Part shown: one piece after another, positions 49,754 through 60,757 of the stretch | Position numbering within the stretch: position 1 is the first letter of the stretch | Layout of the letters: each line of letters starts with the position of its first letter | Assembly (NCBI GenBank): GCA_963727865.1 | Contig: CAVSHY010000026.1 | Coordinates: 54,327 to 118,326 of the forward strand | Source: an uncultured delta proteobacterium | GTDB taxonomy: Bacteria > Desulfobacterota > GWC2-55-46 | DNA: 64,000 bases | Direction of reading: 5' to 3' | The notes under the pieces: model-generated | Database searches by the model: none | Seen by the model: the letters and a program-made list of their open reading frames with translations, nothing else | Told to the model about the DNA's origin: nothing | Program-made: the position numbers and the translations under genes

Positions 49754-50199
49754 ATTATTATATGCGCGCCGATGTTAGCATACACGCCGGCGGCCACGTC
49801 ATCCAAAACTATCCCGAGCCCCCCCTTGACTTTTCTATCTATAAGTCCGATTGGGCAGGGTTTCAGGATATCAAAAATCCTGAAAAGAATAAATACTAAT
49901 ATTACATTAAAAAAAGTGAAAGGAACAAGGAAGATCGATACAAGAAAACCGCATACTTCGTCACAAACAATGCTTTTTGGGTCTTTGCCGCCGAATATTT
50001 TAGCCGCCTCCCCGGCCAGAAATACTGAGGCTAAAAAAACCGCTACGATAGTAAGCGCCTGAAGATAAGGAGAAAAATTAAAAAAAGCGGCGAAAAAAGC
50101 GATTATTACGCCCCACAAAGTGCCAACGGTTCCGGGCATAGCCGGAAAGTACCCCGTGTATGTGGCGGTGGCAAGGAATATTATAATAGATTTTCTCAT
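49738..50199 (-). CDS. pgpA: Phosphatidylglycerophosphatase A
   Basis: It has GYFPAMPGTVGTLWG and ILKPCPIGLIDRKVKGGLGIVLDDVAAG. Confidence 0.88.
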   Translation of the reverse strand: MRKSIIIFLATATYTGYFPAMPGTVGTLWGVIIAFFAAFFNFSPYLQALTIVAVFLASVFLAGEAAKIFGGKDPKSIVCDEVCGFLVSIFLVPFTFFNVILVFILFRIFDILKPCPIGLIDRKVKGGLGIVLDDVAAGVYANIGAHIIIWFRH

Positions 50200-50384
50200 A
50201 AGCCCTTGGTTTTCAAAGATTCTTCATCCGGGGGAATTTTTTCTCAAACACACCGGGGGAAAGGCCAAAACCATACGACCCTGTCACCCCATCTTGTCTT
50301 CAATGAAATTTTAGCGAGAACCCCGGTCTTAAGCCATAAATATTGGGATTGAAGCAACGCATGACGCGAGGTAAGCGACGCATC

Positions 50385-51497
50385 TTACCCCAGGATGAAC
50401 CTGCGCATCTTTACATTTATAATCATACCGGCGGCGATCATGGATGTAATAAAAAAGGAGCCGCCATAGCTTATGAAGGGGAGAGGGACCCCGACGACCG
50501 GCAATATCCCGGAGACCATGCCGAGGTTTATTATAACATGCCAGAAAAACATGGATGTTATGCCGAAGGCCAGGAGAAAACCGAACCTGTCTTTTGAGTT
50601 GTTTGCCGTATTGAGGCCGCTTAATACGAGGGCCATAAAGAGGGAAAGCACCACAAAAGAGCCGATAAGTCCCCATTCTTCGGCCAGGACCGCGAATACG
50701 AAGTCGGTATGGTGCTCGGGCAGGAACATGAGCTTACCCTGAGTGCCTTTTGTGAAGCCCTTGCCGAAAAATCCTCCTGAGCCGATAGCTATCTTGGATT
50801 GTATCAGGTGGTATCCTGTCCCGAGCGGGTCGGCGTCAGGGTCAAGGAAGCTTGAAAGCCTTGTCTTCTGGTATCCCTTGAGCGCCTTCCAGACAAACGG
50901 CGCCATTGCGGCGAATGCCGCAACAATACCCGTAAGCACCCAGGCGTTTACCTTGACAACAAGAACGACCGACCAGAATATCATCAACAGAATTATCGCG
51001 GTGCCGAGGTCCGGCTGTTTGGCTACGAGCAGGAACGGCGCTATCATGAAGAGGCCCGGGACCAGGAGGTCTTTAAAACGCATTCCTTTCTGGGGTATTG
51101 TCCTGGCGCTGAAGTATTTAGCGAGGATTACGATGAGGCCGAGTTTCGCGAGTTCCGAAGGCTGGAGCGAGAAAAACCCGAGGGGGATCCACCGCCTGGC
51201 CCCGGCGGTCGACCGGCCTACTATAAAGACCGCTATAAGAAGCGTAATGGAGATGCCCCATAAGATGTAGGCGAACCTTTCAAGTAATGAATAATTAAGG
51301 ATGATCGAAATGAGGAGAAAGGCGAACCCGATTATCACCCAGTAGATTTCCTTGCGGTATATCGAATGAAGATGCGAATATGTGGCGCTGTAAACGCTCG
51401 CAAGGCCTATAAGAGCGAGTATTACGATTACAGAAAATATCAGCCAGTCGAAGTGAGTTAAGAGCCTTCTGTCAATCACCGATTTCCTCCGTTCCAT
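50385..51497 (-). CDS. rodA: Peptidoglycan glycosyltransferase RodA (SEDS family)
   Basis: It is a polytopic FtsW/RodA/SpoVE protein. The start is set at MERRKSVIDRRLL (51497). The longer ORF overlaps mrdA. Confidence 0.9.
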   Translation of the reverse strand: MERRKSVIDRRLLTHFDWLIFSVIVILALIGLASVYSATYSHLHSIYRKEIYWVIIGFAFLLISIILNYSLLERFAYILWGISITLLIAVFIVGRSTAGARRWIPLGFFSLQPSELAKLGLIVILAKYFSARTIPQKGMRFKDLLVPGLFMIAPFLLVAKQPDLGTAIILLMIFWSVVLVVKVNAWVLTGIVAAFAAMAPFVWKALKGYQKTRLSSFLDPDADPLGTGYHLIQSKIAIGSGGFFGKGFTKGTQGKLMFLPEHHTDFVFAVLAEEWGLIGSFVVLSLFMALVLSGLNTANNSKDRFGFLLAFGITSMFFWHVIINLGMVSGILPVVGVPLPFISYGGSFFITSMIAAGMIINVKMRRFILG

Positions 51498-53386
51498 CCG
51501 TACCGTCCGGGGCCGAGATCGGGGTAACCTGCGGTTTAGTCTGGTTTGATTGTTCGTTTGAGGCGTTAGGGTCGCCGAGATACGCCTTAAAGATCTCGCG
51601 CGCGATAGGCGCGGCAACGCTTGCTCCGAAACCTCCGTGCTCAACCAGCACAACCACGGCTATCCTGGGGTCGTCGTAAGGGGCGAAGCCAGCGAACCAG
51701 GCGTGGTCGCGGTAGTTATAGGCTATTGAGGAGATGTTCTTTGTCCGCCTGATGAGTTTCGCTACCTGGGCGGTGCCTGTTTTGCCCGCTATCCTCAAGT
51801 TGCTCGCCTTGAGGAAATACGCCGTTCCGCCTTCTTCGTTAACAACTCCTTTAAGAGCGTCTCTTATCTGGGCGAGGACCTCGGCAGAGACATTAACCTT
51901 ACCCCTGACCTCGGGCTCGTATTTTTTAAGTACTTTCCCCATCGGGGATGTTATCTCATCGACCACGTACGGGGTATAGAGGGTCCCTCCGTTGGCTATC
52001 GCCGAATAGGCGTTAACGAGCTGTAAAGGGGTGGTGAGCAAATATCCCTGTCCGACGGATACCGAAATCGTCTCTCCCTCAAACCATCTTGTCCCGTATG
52101 TTTTTTTCTTCCATTCCGAAGAAGGGACGATCCCGATTTTTTCGTTAAATAGCGGTATTCCGGTTTTCCTGCCGAAGCCGAAACTCTTAACATACCAGGC
52201 GAGTCTGTCTATCCCGAACTTAAGCCCCACTTGATAAAAGAACGTATCCGAAGATTCGACTATGGCCCTGTGGACATTTATGACGCCGTGCCCCTGTTCC
52301 TTCCAGTCCCGGTAGTCCCGTCCCGCGTACCTGAAAGCCGGGCCCGCATATATGGCGGTCTGAGGGGTAATTACCTTTTCTTCAAGCGCCGCGGCCGCGT
52401 GTATCGGTTTAAAGGTGGAGGCCGGGGGGTACTGGGCCTGAAGTACCCTGTTTATGAGCACATTACGGGGGTTTTCAACGATAGCCTTCCAGTCGTCCTT
52501 TGAAATCCTTCCGGACAAAACGTTCGAGTCAAAGGCAGGGGTGCTCACCATGGCGAGGATCCTGCCGGTCTGCGGCTCCATCGCTATAGCGGCCCCCGCG
52601 TAATCCTTGAGGGCGAACCACGCCGCCACCTGCGCTTTCAGGTCTATCGTAAGTTTAACGTTATTGCCGGGATAGGGAGGGGACCAGTTAATAACCTGTA
52701 CCTTTCTGCCGAGCGCGTCAACCTCTATCTCCTTTCCGCCGTCCTCTCCTTTTAAATCTTTTTCAAGGGCCTTCTCCAGCCCGTACTTGCCAATGAGATC
52801 CCCCTGGACCGTATTTGTTGCCTTCATCCATGTCATCCAATTCCGCTTCACTTATCTCCCCCAGATAACCTATGAGGTGGGCCGTGGCTTCGTTATATAT
52901 GTAAGACCTTTTCGGGGCGACGTCGAGCATGATCCCCTGTAATTCGAATTTATAGCTTTCTATCTTTACAGTCTCATCCCACGTGAGGTCTTCCTTGAGC
53001 TTTATCGCCTGAAACGGGGGACGCCCCTTTGCTTTCCCGATTTTTTCATCAATAGCGTCGGCGTCCATGCCGATAAGGGTCTTCAGGGCCTCTTTTATCC
53101 CGGTCCAGTCCTTTATATCCTCCGGTATCAGGTAGAGGTCAAAACCGGGACGGTTTTCAGCGAGCTTGATATCCGAACGGTCGAATATTATCCCTCTCGG
53201 AGCGACGGCTTTTATCAGACGGACGCTATTGTTTTGAGAAAGTTCCCTGTAATGGTCTGCTTCCTTTACCTGCAGATACCAGAACCTTACGGCGAGAATG
53301 AAAAACGCCGCGGTAACAATGACCGTAGCGATAAAGGTCCTTCTTTTAAACTCGGTTGGTTCTTTATCTTTAAAGTATTCGCTCAA
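51472..53386 (-). CDS. mrdA: Penicillin-binding protein 2 (elongasome transpeptidase), interrupted by one frameshift as assembled
   Basis: It has the STFKP and KTGTA motifs. The two ORFs (53386-52763 and 52851-51472) join if the C5/G5 run at 52800-52804 is shortened by one base. Confidence 0.85.
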
Positions 53387-53871
53387 TTTTCGCTACCCTT
53401 GAACGAACCTGGGCCTGTCCAGGCAGAAATCCGGGAAAGCAGGGTTATAATAGCAGGCGCGAATATGCCTGTCACTACAGCCTGAAAGATTATGCGAAGG
53501 AGAAAAGGCACATCGTAGTTTACAAACCTCGTTATAATGTAAAGCAGCGCCCCTTTCATGAGCGTAAAGAAAGCCGCGCCTCCGGCCCTCATTGAGGGCG
53601 TTGAAAAGTGCACCTTTTTTGAAAGCAGGTGCGCCGTAAGGAAGATGAATACCATGGAAAAGGAGGTGGACCCTATAATCCAGCCGTTTAACGTATCTTC
53701 GACATATCCGACTGAGAAAGCAAGCAGGACCCCTTCGATAGAGGCCTTCCGTGACGCCATGTAAAATATGATTATAAGGGGGATGTCCGGCAGGGGAAAG
53801 CCAGGTAGAAGCGCGCTCTTAAACGCCAGATACAGCACCGTGAGCGGCAGGAAAATTAAGAACTCTTTCAT
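53383..53871 (-). CDS. mreD: Rod shape-determining protein MreD
   Basis: It is a small polytopic membrane protein between mreC and mrdA, with an ATGA overlap with mrdA. Confidence 0.8.
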   Translation of the reverse strand: MKEFLIFLPLTVLYLAFKSALLPGFPLPDIPLIIIFYMASRKASIEGVLLAFSVGYVEDTLNGWIIGSTSFSMVFIFLTAHLLSKKVHFSTPSMRAGGAAFFTLMKGALLYIITRFVNYDVPFLLRIIFQAVVTGIFAPAIITLLSRISAWTGPGSFKGSEN

Positions 53872-53983
53872 CTGTCAGGTTTAATTAAGCCCGGTTATCC
53901 GCCGGGCGGGTAGAGAAAACGTAAATTATCGGATTTAATTACGGCCATTTAACGCGGGTTATCGGCTCTTTATAAGACCGGTC

Positions 53984-54841
53984 TTATCGGTTACTGGAAA
54001 AGTCCGTATCCGTCACCACAAGTACCTGTTCAATTGACTGGGGGTCCACTTTCGGACGGACTTCAACGTACTTGAAGAAACTGTCTTTCCCCTTTTCAAT
54101 CCTGGTAACCTCTCCGATGACGAGCCCTTTGGGAAAAACGCCTGAGATCCCTGAAGTAAGGATCTGATCGCCTACCTGGATATCGTCTACCTGCCTTATG
54201 TATTTTAATATAAGCCCTCCGGTGCCGTTCCCCTCAGCCACGCCCTTTACCCTGGAGCGCTCTACGAGCACGTCTATGTTAGACCTTGGGTCGGTGCTGA
54301 GGATCGCTCTTGAGGTACGGCTCCCGACATCGAATATCCTGCCGACGACACCTGTAGGGCTCAGTACCGCCATATCTTTCCTGAGGCCTTCGACGGAGCC
54401 TCTATTTAGGGTAATCGTCCTTGCCCAACCGTCTATATCGAAAGCGATTATCCCGGCTGTTACGATATTAAAGCCTGTGTCTTCCTTATAATTCAGTATC
54501 TCATTCAGTCTTTCATTTAAACGCACTTCCTCTTTAAGCTTCTGGTTTTCTTCCTGGAGGCTTAAGACCACGTTTTTTAGCGAATCGTTTTTTTCCTTAA
54601 CCCCTGTAAGGTATATATAATTGTTCCATACGCCTGCCACGCTGTTATACCCCCCAAGGATAAGACGCTCTAAAGGGGATACCGCGACGGTGAGCAAGTC
54701 TTTTACAATAAGCCCGCCCCGTACGCCTTCTTTTTTGTCGGTAAGCGCGAGATGCAAAGAAAAGAGCGCAAGGAAGATGGAGACAAGCGCTATATGATGT
54801 TTTTTTAAGAAAGATTTTAAACTGCGCTCTAACGTCCTCAT
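53984..54841 (-). CDS. mreC: Rod shape-determining protein MreC
   Basis: It has an N-terminal TM helix, a coiled coil (LQEENQKLKEE) and beta-barrel domains. Confidence 0.88.
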   Translation of the reverse strand: MRTLERSLKSFLKKHHIALVSIFLALFSLHLALTDKKEGVRGGLIVKDLLTVAVSPLERLILGGYNSVAGVWNNYIYLTGVKEKNDSLKNVVLSLQEENQKLKEEVRLNERLNEILNYKEDTGFNIVTAGIIAFDIDGWARTITLNRGSVEGLRKDMAVLSPTGVVGRIFDVGSRTSRAILSTDPRSNIDVLVERSRVKGVAEGNGTGGLILKYIRQVDDIQVGDQILTSGISGVFPKGLVIGEVTRIEKGKDSFFKYVEVRPKVDPQSIEQVLVVTDTDFSSNR

Positions 54842-54951
54842 GGCATGTCAGTGTTTTTACCCGTGCTTATTTCGCGCCCTTCCGCGCCCTTTCTACAGCT
54901 TAACAACAAAGGGTCCAGTCCGCCCGCCTGTCCGTCATCCGTCGGGGTGTA

Positions 54952-55983
54952 TCAGCTCGGTATGGCAACGTCCCGCAGAAGCTTTATCTCGTCGAGGACC
55001 TTGCCGGCGCCTTTGACGACGCATAAAAGAGGGTCATCGGCTATAGTTACCGGCAGCTGTGTCTCTTCCCTTAGAATAATGTCGAGATTTTTAAGGAGCG
55101 CGCCTCCTCCGGCAAGCACTATGCCCTTGTCGACGAGGTCCGCGGCGAGTTCAGGAGGCGTGGTTTCAAGAACGTGTTTTATAGCCTCCACGAGCGCGTT
55201 GATGGGTTCGTTGAGCGCCTCCCTTATCTCGGCCGATTCTATCTCAAGGGTCGCAGGGATACCGGTTATAAGGTTGGAGCCTTTGATCTCTATCTTCTGG
55301 CCCTTCTCATCCGGCATGGGCAGCCCCAGCGTCATCTTTATGACCTCGGCCACCCCGGTGCCTATGGCAAGGTTGTATTTCCTCTTTATATACTGGACTA
55401 TGACCTCGTCAAGCTTGTCTCCGCCTATCCTTATTGATTTGGACTGAACTATCCCGGCCAGCGAGATTACGGCTATTTCTGAGGTGCCGCCGCCGATATC
55501 CACTATCATGTTCCCGGAGGGTTCTGTTATCGGAAGTCCCGCGCCAATGGCCGCCGCCATCGGTTCTTCAATAAGAAATACCTCGGCGGCGCCGGCTGAG
55601 TACGCCGATTCTCTTACCGCTCTTTTTTCAACCTGCGTTATGCCGGACGGGACGCCTATTACTATCCTCGGCCTGACAAGAAGCCTTCTGTTGTGGACCT
55701 TGCCGATGAAGTACTTAAGCATCTGCTCGGTCACTTCGAAATCCGCTATGACGCCGTCCTTAAGAGGCCTTATAGCAGAGATATTGCCCGGGGTTCTTCC
55801 GAGCATCGCCTTCGCCTCTTTTCCGACCGCAAGGACCCTTTTACCCCTGCCGTCCTTTTTCACCGCTACCACAGAAGGCTCGTTACATACGATGCCTTTG
55901 CCCTTTACATATATAAGGGTACTGGCTGTCCCGAGGTCTATAGCGAGGTCGTTCGAAAAAAGACCTAAAATGTAATTAAACAT
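54952..55983 (-). CDS. mreB: Rod shape-determining protein MreB
   Basis: It has the actin-fold motifs [11 protein letters not shown] and [12 protein letters not shown]. Confidence 0.96.
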   Translation of the reverse strand: MFNYILGLFSNDLAIDLGTASTLIYVKGKGIVCNEPSVVAVKKDGRGKRVLAVGKEAKAMLGRTPGNISAIRPLKDGVIADFEVTEQMLKYFIGKVHNRRLLVRPRIVIGVPSGITQVEKRAVRESAYSAGAAEVFLIEEPMAAAIGAGLPITEPSGNMIVDIGGGTSEIAVISLAGIVQSKSIRIGGDKLDEVIVQYIKRKYNLAIGTGVAEVIKMTLGLPMPDEKGQKIEIKGSNLITGIPATLEIESAEIREALNEPINALVEAIKHVLETTPPELAADLVDKGIVLAGGGALLKNLDIILREETQLPVTIADDPLLCVVKGAGKVLDEIKLLRDVAIPS

Positions 55984-56131
55984 GGCTTCTCCTCAAATTT
56001 GATCCCGGTTCCTAAAGCTTGCGTCTCAAAAGGGTTTCTTATGTTTTTATTAGCTTTTTTCCTTAAAGTTTAATTTAAAAATAGTAACAGAAAAAACAGT
56101 CTTTTGGCAAGGATAAAATAACATAAAAAGA

Positions 56132-56160
56132 TTGAATTTACGCAAGATTTTATTTATTAT
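56132..56160 (+). promoter_or_regulatory. Candidate sigma70 promoter of ppiD
   Basis: TTGAAT, a 17-nt spacer and TATTAT sit in the AT-rich divergent region. Confidence 0.4.
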
Positions 56161-56223
56161 TGAATATTAAAGCAAACGATTGCTGTGACTTACAACACAG
56201 CTCTCTTCGACAAGGAGGGTTTA

Positions 56224-58143
56224 ATGCTCGAAGACATCAGAAAAAAACGCAATTCCATTTTTATAATGGCTGTATTCGCGGCCATAATTATCGTCTTCAT
56301 ATTCTGGGGGATGAACCCGGGCAGTAAGGACTCTGACCGGGCGCTTGTCGCGACTGTCGACGGCTCGCCCATATCTGTAAAAGATTACGCGAACCTTTAT
56401 AAAAGGGAAGTGGAATATTTTAAGAAGACTTTTAAAGACCGGTGGACGGATGAGGCGGCGCGAAAGATGGATTTGAAGCAAAGGACCCTTGATATCCTCA
56501 TCAACAGGGCGCTTGTCATCAACGCCGCAAATGGAGAGGGCATCAAGGTAAGCGAAGCCGAAGTCCAGGACGCGATAAAATCAATCCCCGCCTTTTCAAC
56601 CAATAACGTCTTTGACAAAGATCTTTATTTTAAGGTATTGAGCGCCAACCGCGTAAAGCCGGCGGATTTCGAGAAAAGCATCGAGCAGGACCTCATGACT
56701 TCGAAGATGCGGGATAAGGTCATAAAGGATATCTCGGTAACTGACAATGATGCCAAGCAGGCCTATGCCAGAGACAACAGGAAGATAAACCTTGATTTTA
56801 TAGCCATAGATGGAGAGAGGTTCAAGAAGAGCATAAACGTTACCGACGCGGAAGCGAAAGAGTATCTAAAGAATAACGGCTCCGCGTTCATGGCGCCGGT
56901 AAGGATAAAGGCGTTTTACGCCCGTGTGAATCCGCTGGACATTACACGGAAGGTCAAGCTTGGGGAGACGGAGATAAAGGAGTTCTATGAGAAGAACCTC
57001 AAAGATTTTGAACTCCCCGAGATGGTCAAGGCAAAGCATATACTTATAAGGCCTGACGCATCGGCTAAAGACAGGGAGAAGGCAAAAAGGGAGGCGCGGA
57101 TTAAAGCCGAAGAAGTGCTTAAAAAGATTAAAAGCGGGGGGAACTTCTCCCAGCTCGCAAGCGTTTATTCCCATGACCCTGGTTCAAAAAAACAGGGCGG
57201 TGAACTCGGATGGTTCCAGAGAGGGGTAATGGTAAAGTCTTTTGAGAACGCCGCGTTCTCATTAAAAAAAGGCGAGGTGAGCGGAGTCGTGGAGACCGAC
57301 TTCGGTTATCATATAATAATGATATCTGATAAAAAAGACGCCGGCATAATGCCTCTTAATGACGCCGAAACCCTCATAAAAAAGTCTCTCGGCGCCCAGA
57401 AGGCCAGAAAGATGGCTAAAGACATGGCGGATAGTCTCAGTAAGTCTTTTAGAGAAGCAAAAACCCCCGACGAGCTTAGAAAGGCAGCGGCTCATCAAAA
57501 GGATTTTAAGGCTTTGGCAACGGATTTCTTCGCGGAAGACGACAGGAAGAGTGAACTTGCCGGCGATGAAATCCTGAGGGGTTCGGTTTTTCAGCTGAGA
57601 GCCGGCGAGGTAAGCGGCCCCATCGACGCTCCGCAGGGGATATATGTGGTTAAGGTCCTTGATAGACAGGAAGCGCATGTCCCTGACTACAATGAAATTT
57701 CCAAAAAGGTAAAAGAAAAGCTCGTCTCCGCAAAGGCGGAGGAAGCGGCCGGGAAAAATGCCCGGGAACTTTTAAAGAAGGCGGCCGGAGACACGGATAT
57801 AAACGCAATCGCAAAACGTGAAAATTACAAGGTTCTTGAGACAGGATATTTCAGCAAGGCCGAGGGCTTCATCCCCAAACTCGGCATTTACGCCGGGGAT
57901 AAGGCGAAGTTCTTCGAACTTACGAGCTCTTCACCGTATTATGCCGAGGTCCTGCCTTTTAAGGATAAGTTCTACATCTTTAAGCTTAAGAGCGTGAAGG
58001 AGGCTGATGAATCCGGCTTTGAAGAGAAAAAAGCGGATATAAAATCGCGCCTTCTCGCTGAAAGACAGGAAGATGCTTTGACCAAATGGCTCAAGGAGCT
58101 CAGAAGCAAGGCAAAGATCAAGGTATACGAAGATAAACTTTAA
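56224..58143 (+). CDS. ppiD: Periplasmic chaperone PpiD-like (SurA N-domain plus parvulin PPIase)
   Basis: It has an N-terminal TM anchor and a parvulin core (KAKHILIR...GGELGWF...FGYHIIMI). AAGGAGGG lies upstream of the ATG at 56224. Confidence 0.85.
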   Translation: MLEDIRKKRNSIFIMAVFAAIIIVFIFWGMNPGSKDSDRALVATVDGSPISVKDYANLYKREVEYFKKTFKDRWTDEAARKMDLKQRTLDILINRALVINAANGEGIKVSEAEVQDAIKSIPAFSTNNVFDKDLYFKVLSANRVKPADFEKSIEQDLMTSKMRDKVIKDISVTDNDAKQAYARDNRKINLDFIAIDGERFKKSINVTDAEAKEYLKNNGSAFMAPVRIKAFYARVNPLDITRKVKLGETEIKEFYEKNLKDFELPEMVKAKHILIRPDASAKDREKAKREARIKAEEVLKKIKSGGNFSQLASVYSHDPGSKKQGGELGWFQRGVMVKSFENAAFSLKKGEVSGVVETDFGYHIIMISDKKDAGIMPLNDAETLIKKSLGAQKARKMAKDMADSLSKSFREAKTPDELRKAAAHQKDFKALATDFFAEDDRKSELAGDEILRGSVFQLRAGEVSGPIDAPQGIYVVKVLDRQEAHVPDYNEISKKVKEKLVSAKAEEAAGKNARELLKKAAGDTDINAIAKRENYKVLETGYFSKAEGFIPKLGIYAGDKAKFFELTSSSPYYAEVLPFKDKFYIFKLKSVKEADESGFEEKKADIKSRLLAERQEDALTKWLKELRSKAKIKVYEDKL

Positions 58144-58182
58144 CTCTTTTACGCTCGAGGACGGAGAAGGTAATTTAAGGCC

Positions 58183-58204
58183 GGGGGGAGGGGGGGGTGG
58201 GGGG
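58183..58204 (+). repeat. Extreme G tract (G6-A-G8-T-G6)
   Basis: Read directly: 20 of 22 bases are G. It lies between ppiD and proS. Confidence 0.95.
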
Positions 58205-58318
58205 TAAAAGGCTTAATTTCCTGTTGGAACCAGTGTTAACTCTTCCCTGATTCCGGGAGATTCTTGAGCGCGATCATGTTGAGGCTGCCGTTAAAAAAAG
58301 TCAGGTAAAGAGAGGACT

Positions 58319-60029
58319 ATGCGTTTTTCAAGGTTGTTCTTGCCCACCCTCAGGGAATCTCCCGCGGATGCTGAAGTTATAAGTCAAAAACTGATGACAA
58401 GGGCCGGGATGATAAGGAAAGTCGCCGCGGGCATCTATAACGTGCTTCCTCTCGGCTTGAAAGTCATAAACAAAGTGGAAGCTATCGTCCGGTCCGAGAT
58501 GAACAGGGCCGGCGCCCAGGAACTTTCCATGCCTTTCGTGCTTCCCGCGGAACTCTGGAAAGAGAGCGGCAGATGGGATGAATACGGAAAAGAACTCCTG
58601 AGGTTAAATGACCGTCACGGGCGCGAGTTCTGCCTCGGGCCTACCCACGAAGAAATCATAACAGACCTTGTAAGGCGCGAGGTGCGTTCTTACAGGGAGT
58701 TGCCGCTTAACCTCTATCAGATACAGAGCAAGTTCAGGGATGAGATACGCCCCCGGTTCGGGCTTATGAGGGGGAGAGAGTTCATAATGAAAGACGCCTA
58801 CTCATTCCACGCGGATGAAGAAAGCGCCGATAAGGAATATCAGAACATGTACGATACGTACGCCAGGATATTTGAACGATGCGGACTTTCCTTTAAAGCC
58901 GTCGAGGCCGAAACGGGCCAGATCGGCGGAAGGTTTTCTCATGAGTTTCATGTGCTCGCCGATACAGGGGAAGACGCCATCGTTAGCTGTACTTCCTGCT
59001 CTTATGCCGCGAACATCGAGAGGGCCGAGGTAAGGGCCGCGCCGGCTCAAACAGAAGCCAAGACCCCGCAGAAGAAACTCGAAAAGGTCTCAACCCCCGG
59101 TAAAAAAAGCGTTGAAGAAGTGAGCGGGTTTCTGAGGGTGGAACCGGGGAGCCTCATAAAGACCCTCATTTACGAGACCGGGAAAGGGATAATAGCCGCC
59201 CTCGTACGGGGAGACTGCGAACTGAACGAGGCTAAACTCAAACGCGTTCTTGATTCTGCCTTTGTCCGTCTCGCGGATGAATCCGCCGTAAAAAAAGCCA
59301 CTAACGCCCCCGTGGGGTTCGCTGGCCCTGTTAATCTTAAGCTCCCTTTGTACGCGGACTACAGCGTAAGAAATATTATGGAGGGCGTAACAGGGGCCAA
59401 CGAAGAGGATTTTCATTTTATTAACGTATACCCTTCAAGAGACTTTCCCCAGGCTATCTACGCCAGACATAAAGGTGGCCGCGGCCGGTGACGGATGCCC
59501 CAGGTGCGCCGGTACGCTGGAGATAAAGCGCGGCATAGAGGTCGGACACGTATTTAAACTTGGGACCAAGTACAGCGAAGCCATGGGGGCGACGGTCCTT
59601 GATGAGGATGGGAAGGAAAAGCCGGTAATAATGGGTTGCTACGGAATAGGCATAGGGAGAACCGCGGCGGCGGCGATAGAGCAGAACCACGATGAAGCAG
59701 GCATAATCTGGCCACATCCTCTTTCGCCATTTGACTGCGAGATCGTGCCTGTAAATGTCAATGACCCTCAAACCGCGAAAGCCGCCGAAGAACTTTACGC
59801 TTTATTGAACAGCGCCGGGGTGGATACGCTCCTCGATGACAGGGACGAGAGGGCGGGGGTTAAATTCAAGGACTCAGACCTTATCGGCATACCCGTAAGG
59901 GTCACCATCGGTGAAAAGAATCTTAAGCAGGGTTCCATGGAAATAAAGGAAAGAAAAACCGGCGATGTAAGGCTTGTAAAAAAAGAAGACGCGGCCGCGG
60001 AAGTAAAGCGCGTTTTAAACGCTTTATAA
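58319..60029 (+). CDS. proS: Proline--tRNA ligase, interrupted by one frameshift as assembled
   Basis: It has a class II core and an INS editing domain. ORFs 58319-59491 and 59475-60029 join as ...[19 protein letters not shown]... if one base near 59465 is skipped. Confidence 0.88.
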
Positions 60030-60220
60030 TCTATATCAAAATCCGGACGGTATCAAACCGCCGTAGATCAAAAATTATAATGATTTTGATTAGTTTTAAC
60101 GTAATTTTAATACTTTGCTGAAAGTCTTAAGAATTTAATCGTAATCCTTCATTTTTTAAAAAATTTATTATAGTTACAGCAGCGATCTTTGGGATCGGGT
60201 TACTTAATCCTCGCGGTATT

Positions 60221-60757
60221 CTAAGACTCGCCAAGGAGCGATTCGATAAGTCTCGCGTTATCGGCGCTCATCCAGTCGGTTTTTCCCTGTACGATGGAAT
60301 TTATTACCCCTTTTTTATTGATGATGAAGGCTTGCGGCGCGTTAAGCACTTCGAACGCCTCGGAGATGATGCCGTCTTCGTCGCGTATGACCCTGAAACC
60401 GTAAGCGCCCTTCTGGATGAACTTATTCAATTCATACATCGGGGCGGTTTGGGAGGTCTCGGCCACTATCGCCACGATCACCAGCCCCCTGTCCTTATAT
60501 TTCCTGTTGAGCGCATCAAGCGATTCCATCGAATCGGCGCATTCCTTGCACTTCATGGTCCAAAAATAGACCAGTACCACTTTACCCCTTTCTTTAGAAA
60601 GCATGAAAGGTTTTTCGTCTACGTCGTTATAAAGGAAATCGTTCGCCTGATTTCCAACCTTGACAGGGATGAAGCCCCCTTTGCCGGAGTCTCTCCCTTT
60701 CGAGCATCCTCCCGCGATAATCATCGCGGCAACAATAATGATGATTAATCTTTTCAT
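60221..60757 (-). CDS. TlpA/ResA-like thiol:disulfide oxidoreductase lipoprotein
   Basis: It has the lipobox (IAGGCS) and a thioredoxin fold with the CKEC active site after FW. Confidence 0.82.
   Translation of the reverse strand: MKRLIIIIVAAMIIAGGCSKGRDSGKGGFIPVKVGNQANDFLYNDVDEKPFMLSKERGKVVLVYFWTMKCKECADSMESLDALNRKYKDRGLVIVAIVAETSQTAPMYELNKFIQKGAYGFRVIRDEDGIISEAFEVLNAPQAFIINKKGVINSIVQGKTDWMSADNARLIESLLGES

Noticed and set aside
50329-50676. Overlapping ORFs at the 3' end of rodA (50329-50676 minus, 50343-50597 plus) and the 52-codon N-terminal extension of the rodA ORF (51498-51653).
   Set aside because: These are alternative frames of rodA/mrdA coding sequence. The extension overlaps the mrdA C-terminus. 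The RodA homology begins at MERRKSV (51497).
56101-56120. A sigma-54 promoter-like TGGCAAGGATAAAATA in the mreB/ppiD divergent region, and TTGGAAAAAACAAAAATTGCG at 37483-37503 upstream of cheA.
   Set aside because: The first lacks the -12 TTGC element at the correct spacing. The second has 14 nt rather than 10 nt between GG and GC.
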